Assembly: GCA_951406725.2 (NCBI GenBank) | Contig: OX597836.1 | Span: forward strand, 10,602,001-10,666,000 | From: Octopus vulgaris | Taxonomy: Eukaryota | DNA length: 64,000 nt | Direction of reading: 5' to 3' | Part shown: piece after piece, positions 29,433 to 41,905 of the stretch | How positions within the stretch are numbered: the stretch's first letter is position 1 | How the letters are laid out: each line of letters begins with the position of its first letter | Position numbers and translations under genes: made by a program | Notes under the pieces: model-generated | Told to the model about the DNA's origin: nothing | Database searches by the model: none | Seen by the model: the letters and a program-made list of their open reading frames with translations, nothing else

Positions 29433-30019
29433 ATCCTTAAATCCTTAAATCCTTAAAAATGTTTTAGCCCGAAGGCCGCGGCCATGCTGGGGCACCACCG
29501 CTGAATGAGCTACACTAGTTTGTGAATCCACCTCTGATACGTGGCACTTGATCAACAAGGGAGTTCGATGCTGCTGCCCGCATCCGTGTCTCCTGTCGTG
29601 AGGTAGGTTCATCTGGGACTCCCAACAAGAAGAGATCCAGTTTAGTTTTAAAGAAACCCACATCCACACCATGTAAGTCTCTCAGGCATTTAGGGAGGAT
29701 GTTAAAGAGCTGTGGTCCTCTGAAACCCAAGCTGTTGCAGTATCTGGACCTGTATTTTGATGGTGATGTTGGAATCCTTGGCACCAGCAGCGGCGCCCCG
29801 TTCTGCGGTTGGAGTAACTTTGAATGCCAAAGTTTGGGACAAGACCCTCCAGGATTTTCCAGATGTATATCACTGCATATCTCTCCCGCCTCCGCTCCAG
29901 GGAGAAGAGGTTTAATACCTTCAGTCTTTCCCAGTAGCTGACATTTTGCATTGAGACGATTTTCTTTGTGTAGCTTCTCTGAGTTGCTTCGAGTTCTGCT
30001 GTTTGTTTTATATTGTGTG
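29433..30019 (-). mobile_element. 5'-truncated CR1/L2-group LINE inserted in (TA)n
   Basis: [14 protein letters not shown]...[20 protein letters not shown], then after one frameshift GPQLFNILP...[14 protein letters not shown]; stop at 29515-29517; short 3'UTR ending in three TTAAGGAT repeats; (TA)n on both sides. Confidence 0.92.
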
Positions 30020-30040
30020 GTATATATATATATATATATG

Positions 30041-30200
<160 letters not shown>

Positions 30201-30325
30201 TGAGTGTGTGCGTGAATCAGAGTATATTACACATACACACATATATATAGATAAATATAGATATAATGTGTAAATATATATGCATATGAATATATATTTG
30301 TTATAGATACATATCTATATATATA

Positions 30326-30394
<69 letters not shown>

Positions 30395-30399
30395 GGATA

Positions 30400-30655
30400 T
30401 ATATTATTCAAAGGAATTCCAACTCTGTTTTTTTATGTTCTATTTATATTCTTTATAATATTAATGTAGAATATAGAATATATAGTATAAATAATATATA
30501 TATAGTAAAATAAAATGAAGTATTGATTGTCTTGTTGAATAGATGAAATATTGAACATCAAATATTAAGGGACTAGTATACTTTCTTGCATTAAAGCAGT
30601 CTTCAAGGTCTCAGGTTGTGACAGGAGTGTTTCAACCAGAGTTGGAATTTCTTTG

Positions 30656-30664
<9 letters not shown>
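30400..30664. mobile_element. 265-bp element with 28-bp inverted ends inside (TA)n
   Basis: TATATTATTCAAAGGAATTCCAACTCTG (30400-30427) matches the reverse complement of 30637-30664 with one mismatch. Confidence 0.65.
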
Positions 30665-30741
<77 letters not shown>

Positions 30742-30946
30742 ATAAATATATACATAAGATTAATATACACACATGTTGATATATAGTATGTATGTATTCA
30801 TGTACGTGTGTATATATGTGTGTGTGTTTGTGTAAAGGTCACAGACCCCTAACCATTTTTTTCCTTTTTTTTATCCCCCAAAAGAAAAGCTCTACTTTGT
30901 AATTTGTCCCGTCTGTGTTCAGCCCTGTGTGGCTAATAAAGAAACA

Positions 30947-31030
<84 letters not shown>

Positions 31031-31108
31031 CATCAATCAATCAATCAATCAATCCATCCATTCATCCATCTATCAATCCATCTATCTATCTATCTATCTA
31101 TCTATCTG

Positions 31109-31190
<82 letters not shown>

Positions 31191-31303
31191 CATTCATCCA
31201 TCCATCTATCCGTTCATCTACTCGTCTGTATGTCCATCTATCTATAAACCTATCCATCTGTCTATCTATCTTTTATATTTTGTCTGATATCTTTTTTTTT
31301 CAG

Positions 31304-31571
31304 AATTATTCCCGTGAAGTGTTGGTCGTTGTTACTGAAGTTCACCGGGAGCTCACATTTGATGGACGAATTTCGCGGTCGATCGCTGGAGAAAAAGAAA
31401 TCGATGCACGTCTCAGCAAGAGTATCGGTTCCGCCCTCACCTTCACCTGCACCCTCATCACTATTACCAATGTTATCATCAATAAAACTAAACAACAACA
31501 GCAGCAACAACGAAGACTTATACGAAGTTACGAAATCAGTTAAAATGTCTGACACAGTTGTAGGCAACTAA
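31304..31571 (+). CDS. SDR16C-family dehydrogenase, last coding exon
   Basis: T-rich tract plus CAG acceptor, phase 2. Encodes (G)IIPVKCWSLLLKFTGSSHLMDEFRGR... to TAA at 31569-31571; 'M..F.GR' matches the usual family C-terminus. Confidence 0.88.
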
Positions 31572-31637
31572 ACATGAAAATATCGAAAAAAGAAAAAAAA
31601 ATGAAATAAGAGAAACTTATAAAAAATCGAAAAACAA

Positions 31638-31667
31638 AATAAAAACAAAAGTTTAAGAGTCAATAAA
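31638..31667 (+). promoter_or_regulatory. candidate polyadenylation signals of the SDR gene
   Basis: AATAAA at 31638-31643 and 31662-31667 downstream of the stop codon. The region is A-rich, so chance occurrence is possible. Confidence 0.35.
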
Positions 31668-31851
31668 ACTATGACGAGACTGAGATAAAACTTGAGATAA
31701 AAATGACAAAAACAAAAAAATATATATAAGAAAAAATGTCTTATTGTGGCTTCTAGATAATCTTTAATCTGAGACGATCAGGTTTGACGGAAAATGAAAA
31801 AAATGAAAAAAATTGGCTCGCTGGTCTGAGAAGCTGTTAGTCTCTTGATGG

Positions 31852-31907
31852 TTAAATGAGAAAGAAAGTGTGTGTGTGAATGTGTGTGTGTGTGTGAAGG
31901 AGAGAGT

Positions 31908-31945
<38 letters not shown>

Positions 31946-32010
31946 AAGAATGAGAGAGAAAGAGAGAGAGAGAGAGAGTGTGTTGTGTTGATTGAACAGC
32001 GGACATTCTC
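31852..32010 (-). CDS. putative terminal exon of the same unknown gene
   Basis: Strong acceptor tctccttctccaattattccctttctcAG. Phase 0 gives [58 protein letters not shown] lies on the - strand at 31763-31768. Confidence 0.45.
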
Positions 32011-33027
32011 CTGAGAAAGGGAATAATTGGAGAAGGAGATTGAAAAAAAAAATTAATTACCCAACAAAACAACAAGCAAAAAAAAAAAACAAACAAACAC
32101 AAAAGACATGATGGACGTTTCCTTCTAAATGAACGTCTTCGTATTAGGGCAGAAAAAAAAAGATAAAAACTCTTGTTTTTTGCTTTACAGATATTTAACT
32201 TACGTTTCAAAGATGGAGAAGCAACAGGTTAATTTTAAAGTCACTTTATGCCAAAAATAGGGCCCAGCATCTGCTAAGTCAATAGATATGATGATAATGA
32301 ACAATGACAACAACAACAACAACAATAATAATAATGATAATAATGATTTCAAGTTTTGGCACAAAACCAGCATTTTAATGGGCCAGTGTTAGTCGATACA
32401 TCGACCTTTCTATGTAATTGGTACTTTCATCTAATCGATTCCGAAACGATGAAATGGCTAAAACCACTACGACCAACAGCGACATTAATATTAATTTTTT
32501 TATATCGGTGCAAGGCATGAAATTTGAGGAAGGGTCTAGTCGATTGTATCGACCTTAGTTCTCAAATGTGTGTGGAAACTGGGTCATGAACGACGTGTTT
32601 CTGTGTTGTTACGCTTCATCAGTTACAGACATTGAGCAAGTTGTTCATAGCTCACTAAGAATTGTTCTTATATTTAAATAACAAATAATAAATTTGCTCA
32701 TGTGTGCAAAGCTTTGTCAAGCTGGAAGTAATTAATCAACACATTAAGCAATGATAATTTTAATCATCGTTGTGCGTCTAATGAATAAATAATAATGATG
32801 GTAATAATTATAATAAACGCACGTGTACAGACACGCAAACATACTAACACAAATATCTAAGGAGGTGCACCATGCTCTTCCCAGGTTCGAGTCCCCCAAG
32901 ATTGCCGAGACTTTTTTTACACAGATATGAGTAAAGTGTGCCTGAGTGGAGGTGACACGAGACCAGCTGGTTCTGAGTAGTGCAAGCTATAGTGCCCTGT
33001 GGGGTTTCGTTCGAGGTTTGAGAACAC

Positions 33028-33300
33028 TTAGTAGTTATAGGAAGGACGGAGTATTTTCTTGCGCATCGAAGATAAAGGCCTGAATTTGTGAAGAATTCTG
33101 TCCTGTGGTGAAGATATGTGCTCGACAGGAAAGATTCTCGCATACGATGAGATCTCGCGTAAGAGTTGAGGAAAGTTGGTAGTTATAAGGAACTGAAATA
33201 TTTTCTTACGTTCCGAAGAAGAAACCCTGGATTTGTGAAGCATTCTTTTTTATGGTAAAAATGTGCGCTTCTCAGGAAAGAATCTCACATATGATCAGAC
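33028..33300. repeat. old tandem duplication of about 148 bp
   Basis: GTAGTTATA...TATTTTCTT...ATTTGTGAAG...CAGGAAAGA..CTC occurs twice. Confidence 0.65.
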
Positions 33301-34011
33301 CTAACATATGTTGCTGCTTTGAGGAGTGTGGCTGTCTGCTATTCGTGTAAATACAAGAGACACAGCTTAAACGACTGTACTACTGTTTCTAATCGTCTCT
33401 CCGCAGAATGGCAAATTGTATCTGCTCTCATTCGTCTTTACACGAAGCGCCGTGATGTTAAGAGTGTCAACAAAATATCGGACAACAGGTCAGAGGTTCG
33501 TATCCTCTCTGTCTTTGTGAAGCAGTCTGTCCGAGGGTTAAAATGACGAGCTCCACGATATGTAGCTACTGTGAGGAGTCTACCTGTTTGCTATTCATGC
33601 AAATCTTTAAATTACATAAGTGGCCTGGTACTCCGTCGGTTATGACGACGAGGGTTCCAGTTGGTCCGATCAACGGAATAGTCTGCTCATGAAATTAACA
33701 TGCAAGTGGCTGAATACTCCACAGACACGCGTACCTCTAACGTAGTTCGCAGGGATATTCAGCGTGACACAGAATGTGGCAAGGCCGGCCCTTTAAATTA
33801 CAGCCACTATTCATTTTTGCCAGCTGAGTGGACTGGAGCAACGTGAAATAAAGTGTCTTGCTCAAGGATACAACGTACCGCCGGGAATCGAACTAACGAC
33901 CTTACGATCGTGAGCCCGAATACCCTAACCACTAAGCTACGCGCCTTCACCTGTAAACACTAGAGGCACGCAAATACACACAAACACACAAGCATACGCA
34001 CATTCTGTATA

Positions 34012-34213
34012 CAGCAATCACTCGATTATCGCGGGTGTTACGTTTCAAAACCTCCTACGATTGGTGAAAAATATAAATAGCTATCGGCCGCAGAAACCCG
34101 CGATATACTGAGGAGTCTGCGATATAAGTTTACATGTATTAGCCAGACAAAAAACCGCGATGTACTGAGTGCGCGATAGGTGATCCGCGATATGGCTAGG
34201 GATTGGATTACTG
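34012..34213. mobile_element. Tc1/mariner (Tigger/pogo-like) MITE
   Basis: TA|CAG...CTG|TA ends with imperfect TIRs (CAGCAATC...TATCGCGG); a related left end lies at about 15412-15500. Confidence 0.7.
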
Positions 34214-34434
34214 TATATGATATTGAGGAAGTAAGTGCAAACACATTTGATTAGATGATCAAGATAATTATCGTTAATTGAGATTATATTCGTGTCAAAT
34301 GGGAGCAACAGTTAATTCTAGCCAAAGGCAAATGGGATTAATGAACGTAAAAAATAAGTAAAATACATTGATGCCCCGTGGTCTCACGGAATGCATTCTT
34401 ATATCAAAAGTCAGCTACGGAATGAATTGCTTAC

Positions 34435-34482
34435 CTTCAGGTAATGTCTGAAGGATGAGTAAATCTGGTGGAACCCCGCTCG
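34435..34482 (-). CDS. putative 48-nt exon of the same unknown gene
   Basis: Strong acceptor ttttcgttttcaatactttgcAG and donor AAG|GTAAGC. Phase 0 gives RAGFHQIYSSFRHYLK. Confidence 0.55.
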
Positions 34483-35174
34483 CTGCAAAGTATTGAAAAC
34501 GAAAAATAAGCGTTGATATACTTGTTATAGCGAGCACGATAAATTTAATGAATCAAAACCGTACCTGTATAGAGAAGAGGCACGCATTGCTGAATAGTGT
34601 TTAACTAAACCAAATATTGGCAGGGGCGACAACTCGACGAAAAGAAGGATTGATAGCGAAGCGTGTTATCTGGTTTAACACTGCTTCACCCTAATGTAAG
34701 AGACATTTGTCCTTTACAAACTATTCTGTTCTATTAAAAGAAAGGCGTTCATTCACTCATTTGCTCATTTGGTTCCCCTTCCTTACTAATTTAAGAGCGG
34801 GAACTGCTTTTTCCAATCGTTCCTCTTCCGAATGGAAAACTGAATGTCCTCTAATTCGTCTTTATAAAAAGAAGTCAGATAGATGCTAACAGCATCAATG
34901 CAATATGTCCTCTCATTGTTATAACGTTATGTCCGTAATGAGATTTGAACAGTAGAATGTCCCTTAGCTTTAAGCAGCTACAAGTGATCAGTTGAACCTT
35001 GCAAGCAGCGGCAGCACAGAGATATTGACGAATGTTCCAAGTCTCTCTAGTAAAGTTATAATATATATACATGAAATTATATATATAATATATATTATAT
35101 AATATATATATTACACGCATGCACAAACACATACACACACACATATATATATATATATATACACACACATACAT

Positions 35175-35205
<31 letters not shown>

Positions 35206-35220
35206 CATACATACATACAT

Positions 35221-35287
<67 letters not shown>

Positions 35288-35306
35288 CATACATACATAC
35301 ATACAT

Positions 35307-35364
<58 letters not shown>

Positions 35365-36343
35365 GTACTTCGGTGTACAAATAAGATATATTTGTTCCCC
35401 AAAGTGTTCAGACAATATTCGCATTGATTATGAATAATTGTGAACTATTTGTGGCTGCAACGCAATTCCGTAGAGTGAAGGAGTAACCGTAAAAAACAAG
35501 GACGTCTTGATATGCGATAGAAAGCAAAGATGCACGATTCTACCAAGTAGCAAGTCCTCCATTACAGAACGTTTCGTTTCAAGAAAGGCTTCTCTCATCA
35601 GGCGGTGTAAACAGACAATTGCTCCGTTAGGAGCAGTGGCCTAGTGTGCTTAATAGTAAAAGTAACAGAAACGCAAGTAATTTTACATCAGATTTAGCAA
35701 GTTCCTAGGCGCATACATAACATAATTATTAGACATGTATGTGTCTTATAACAAGGTACATCGCAATAATTTGAGGGAGATTTGAAGTGCTGTTTTATAC
35801 CAACCTAAGTGGCTGGGAAGAGTGTAAAGACACCTTAAGCTAAAGAGGGACGTGAACGAAGTATGGCCGTAGCTAAGGGTTAACACACGAAAAAAATGTC
35901 AGTACCAGAGAATTACATAATAAAACTATGCTAGGTCTTAGAGGGTTCCGAACTGGAACCATGCCAGAGCTTGAAGATAAATTTGGAACTAAGATTCCTT
36001 TCTAACAAACGCAGGGATGCATGATTATAAAATTATTTTTTTCTCTCTCCATATTATCATTGCTAATAAAGATAAAACTTACACATGGAAAAGATTCAGC
36101 CATTCGTCATTTAACATATTAAAAGGTGACTTACAAACACATTTCCTCTCAACTGTTTTTATCTCTTCCTTTCATATTGTATCATATATTTCATATATAT
36201 ACTTTCGTTTTTCGTTTTCTTTTTTTGCTTTTTGCAAGTTTCAACGTGTGCATGAATGCGTGTGTGTTTGTATATGCATATATGTATGCATGTGTATATA
36301 TATATATATACACACACACATATATATATATATATATGTATAC

Positions 36344-36435
<92 letters not shown>

Positions 36436-36442
36436 GTATATA

Positions 36443-36506
<64 letters not shown>

Positions 36507-36598
36507 TGCGTATACATATATATTTTACTTATACTTTCTTTTCCTTTTCAGTTTCAGCGTGTACATGAGTGGAGAATGTTTGTGTGTATTTTTGTATA

Positions 36599-36681
<83 letters not shown>

Positions 36682-36781
36682 ATATGTATATATGCATATA
36701 TGTATATACGTATGTATATATGTATATATATACACATATGTATACATACACACATATATATATATATATATGTACATATAC

Positions 36782-36835
<54 letters not shown>

Positions 36836-37676
36836 GTACACCCACACATATTTATATGTATATATGCACACACACACGTAGTATATGTAGATAATGGAGG
36901 CAATATGTTTTACAGAGAACATCTTAATTTATGTGAACACAAGGTATTCCATTTTTTTTGCTACGGAATGTGCTCAATAATGAATTCAGAATGAGTTAAA
37001 GTGGTAAAAGCTATGAGAATATAGTATTTGAGAATGAAATATAACGTAAACATAAAGGGATGATCTCATCATACACAACATAGAAAACAGATATACATAT
37101 ATAACCTTTAATCCGGGTCACAAGTTTGTTTGGAAATACATCATAGACCGATGAGCAAAAGACTGAAGCTCATACCGCAGTCTTGTGCTATATAAGTTTT
37201 CGTACACACACACACACGCACACACACACACACACACATACACACACACGCACACACACACACACAAACATACACACATACACATGCACGCACACACACA
37301 CATTGTATATGTATATATGTATATCCACTTTTCCATGCTTGCACGGGGTCAGTTGAATTCGTTGGAGCAGAATTTCTATTACCGGGTGCCGTTCCTGTCG
37401 CGAGCCCTCATCTGTTTCCAAGCAAGTTTATATTCTCCATGACCAGATATATTATTTTCCAGGGAAAACCGGAAGCAAACAACATCGCTTATATGATGGT
37501 GATGTTCGTTTGCAACTATTACGTGATATCTAAAGAAAGGTACACATATATGTAAACATACATAAATACACACATACACATAAACACACAAATTATATAT
37601 ATATGTCTATACATATATGTATGTATGTATGTATGCATGTATGTATATGTATGTATGTATGTATGTATGTATGATG

Positions 37677-37748
<72 letters not shown>

Positions 37749-37912
37749 ACGACGCAGGAGTGACTGTGTGGTAGGAAGCATGCTTCGCAACCACATGTTT
37801 CTGGCTTGAGGCTCACTGCGTGGCACCTGGGGCAAGTGTTCTCTACTATAGCCTTGGGCCGTCCAAAGCCTTGTAATTGGATTTGATAGACGGAAAGCGA
37901 AAGTACACGGTC

Positions 37913-37948
<36 letters not shown>

Positions 37949-38950
37949 ATATGTGTCGTTAGCCAGCGGGGTGGCGTCATTCGAAGGCTAAAACAATGCG
38001 AACGCATTGTGACCAGCGATGTGTAACAACATCTGATGGTCTGGTCGGTCACGTGATCACGTGATATATATATATATATATAAATATGTGTGTGTGTGTT
38101 TGTGGGTATTTGTGTGTCTGTGTTTGGCGCCTCTCCCGCCATCACTTAAAAACCGATGTTGGTTTGTTTACGCCCTGCAACATGCCAGTTCGGCAAAAGA
38201 GACTGATAGAATAAGTACTAGGCACACAAAGAGTAAGTCCTGGGCTCGATTTGTTCGACTGAAGGCGGTGCTCTAGCATGGCCGCTGTCAAATGACTGAA
38301 GCAAGTAAAAGAGTAATATATATGTATATATAACTCTACAGATGTTTGTGTGTACTCGAAATATCTCAGTGTATTATATCTTAATTGTTTTTTGCATATG
38401 TATTTTCATACTTACCTTTGGCAGTGCAGTATGTATTGTTTTGATATTTGGACCTCTATTTATTAATGAAAATGATTAAACATAATTTTTGTTTGTTATT
38501 TCTTGAAAGAATAACATGACTTCCGTAAGGTCAACATACATACATACATACATACATACAGAATACACACACAAATAATGAATGTCATGGCGGTCAATCT
38601 ACACAAACACACGTCCGCTATCTTCGACATATACACACACAGTCTTCGCGCTCTCTAAGAAAAAAAAATTAACGTCAACTTTTTGACGTGCACAATCATT
38701 TAGAAGTATTTTATACTGAATGTGATTTCAAAAATGTATGTTGTTTGTACAGTATTTATATTGTAGCTTTCTTTAAACAGACAATATTTTAATATTTTCT
38801 TTTTAATTATTTTCAAGTGAATGGCGACTTTTAGCTTGTCATCCGGAGTTCGTTAATTTCTGCAATTAATGTTTATTTATTTACTTTTGAAAGAGAGGAG
38901 AAAGTGAAAGATGTATGCACATGCATATGAAATGGACGTATGTGTGTGTG

Positions 38951-38989
<39 letters not shown>

Positions 38990-39751
38990 GAGAGAGAGAC
39001 AGAGAAAGACAGAGAGAGAGGAAGAGACAGAGAGAGAGGAAGAGACAGAGAGAGAGAGTGAAAGTAAAGGGTGTGTTGTCATGTATACGTACATGGCAGT
39101 CCAGAAAAATAGGACGAATGCTGTCGTTGATTGGCTCCAAGAGCTGTGTCCATTATAACCTAGGAGCAGGGTGTTGTCCGTGTTTATTGAATAAAAAACA
39201 TCTAAAGCTCCACGGGGCTTCGGCAGGGGGTGGTGGCGAACCCTGCTGTACTCTTTCACCACAACTTCCTCTCACTCTTTCTTTCTGTTTCTGATGTACC
39301 TGTATTTCAAAGAGCCAGTCTTGTCATGCTGAATCTCCTCGAAAACTTCGTTAAGGGCACACGTGTCTGTGGAGTTCTCAGCCACTTACACGTTAATTTC
39401 ACGAGCAGGCTTGGATCAACCGGAACCCTCATGTCACGATATATATATATATAAGCATATGTATAAATTCTGTTGGTTAACCGGATTATTTTATCACAAC
39501 AAATGCCAGCCAATCTGGTGAAATCTTTAGGAATGCGGAAATAAACTAGTTTATCAACGCCCAGTTGTAACAGAAACAATGCACCAGTTGCAAAGGTTGG
39601 TATTGAGCACCTCACGTTTTTGTACACGAAAATACAAGGAAACAAATGCCGTACACACGCGCGCACGCACACACACACACGTGATGTACAATACATTGTG
39701 TGTATTGATACAGATGTTTAATCCAGAGTTTCGCATCGTGTGCATTCCTCC

Positions 39752-39842
<91 letters not shown>

Positions 39843-40173
39843 ATATATATATATATATGCATGTATATATATGTATAATGTATATATATACATATAATAC
39901 ACACACACACATACACACATATATATACTCTTTACTCTTTTACTTGTTTCAGTCATTTGACTGGGCCCATGCTGAAGCACAGATTTTAGTGGAGCAAATC
40001 GACCCCAGGACTTATTCTTTGAAAGCCTAGTACTTATTCTTTGGAAGCCTAGTACTTATTCTATCGGTCGCTTTTGCCGAACCGCTAGATTACGGGGACG
40101 TAAACACATCTACATCGGTTGTCAGGCGATGTTGGGGGGGGGGGGGACAAACAGACACAAACGCACACACACA

Positions 40174-40213
<40 letters not shown>

Positions 40214-40453
40214 TATATATATATATACATATATATGCGACGGGCTTCTTTCAGTTTCTGTCTACCAAATCCACTCACAAGTCTTTAATCGGCCTGAGGC
40301 TATAGTAGAAGACACCTGCCCAAGGTACCACGCAGTGGGACTGAACCCGGAACCATGTGGCTGGTAAGCAAGCTACTCACCACAGAGCCACTCGTGCGCC
40401 TATACTCATTATTAAGGTGGCTATTCGCAATTTACAACCAAAAGACACAAGGA

Positions 40454-40656
40454 CAATCATCACTTGAAGTAATGAAGAGTGCAAGTGAGCACCAGCATTG
40501 CTAGAAATAATAGTCAAAAGAAGACTTAGCCACGGGCAAGCACTTGTCTAATGACTGACAAGGGAAGTGTTTGGCCGCGACTAAGAGTTGTTTTTGACTC
40601 TTATTTCTAGCAATGATGGTCCTGACTTGCACCTGTATTTACTGTAGTGACGACTG
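40454..40656. mobile_element. near-palindromic MITE-like foldback
   Basis: Arm 40479-40550 aligns to the reverse complement of 40557-40632 (e.g. CATTGCTAGAAATAA / TTATTTCTAGCAATG); right end is CTG|TA. Confidence 0.7.
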
Positions 40657-41009
40657 TATATATATATATATATATATATATATGGCGGTGTCTCGTAGAC
40701 ACCCTAAGTTATAATTTTAGTAATAATTATTACCTTTGAAGGTCTTTATTTCCATGCTGGCCACTTGATAAGATCGTTATTTAACTTAAATTAACGATCT
40801 TATCCTTATATATATATATATATACACACATATATATATATATATGTATGTATATCTGTATTGTGTGTTATTATATGTATATATGTATGTGTGGTACATT
40901 GCGTGTGTGTGTGTGTGTTGTGTGCTTGGATATGCATACGCACCCATATATGTATTTATGCGCACGCATATGTGCATGTACATAAGCATACATGCATGCA
41001 TACATACAT

Positions 41010-41044
<35 letters not shown>

Positions 41045-41905
41045 AAAATACATACACACGCATATATAAACAGACACACATATATAAACACACACATATA
41101 TACACAGACAGCTGAATATACACATACATACACACATACGTACAAACATGCATACATTCATGTGTACATATATTTATACACCTACATACCGGCATACCTA
41201 CGCACATACAAACACACACATACACACATATATACACCTATTTACATGCCTTTTTTTTTTAGAGAGAAATTCTTTCAAGACTTGAAGGGGAAAGTGTCAG
41301 CCGACAGACACAATGCATGAAAGACGATGCTTTAATTAACTTGTATTGTGACAAAGAGAAGGGGAACCGTGTAACGTGTGTGGATCTCTCGAAATTGGTG
41401 TCGTCTGGTCGTTCAGACGAGCGATCCCACAAAGGAACGACTATTCATCCGGTGTTTATATTTCCCTCCTTCTTTCTTAATAGCGTTTTTATAATAAGTA
41501 AATGAATGAATCAATGAATAAATAGATAGATAAACGGGTGCCGGGTATTAATGAAGGCATTGCGAAAACATGATAGCCGGGAAAATGAAGGAGAGAGATA
41601 GATAGAGAGAGAGAGAGAATTGGGTAGAGTAATGAGAGAGGGAGGGGTTTGTGTGACATAGAGAGGGATTCTTATATAAATACTTCCGTCTAACCTAATT
41701 CAATAACAAAAAATAGAAATAGAATAAAATTAAATAAAAAATAAATCAGCCGAAAATAGAAAAGAGGGTGATTATAATGATGATGATAACGATGGTGATG
41801 ATACAAGAAAGTTATTTAATACCCCCACAGTAGTCTCCCTTGAAATATTTTTTACCTTTATACGTAAAGCAGACTCGATTGAAAAGCCGAATGCGCTATA
41901 ATTTC

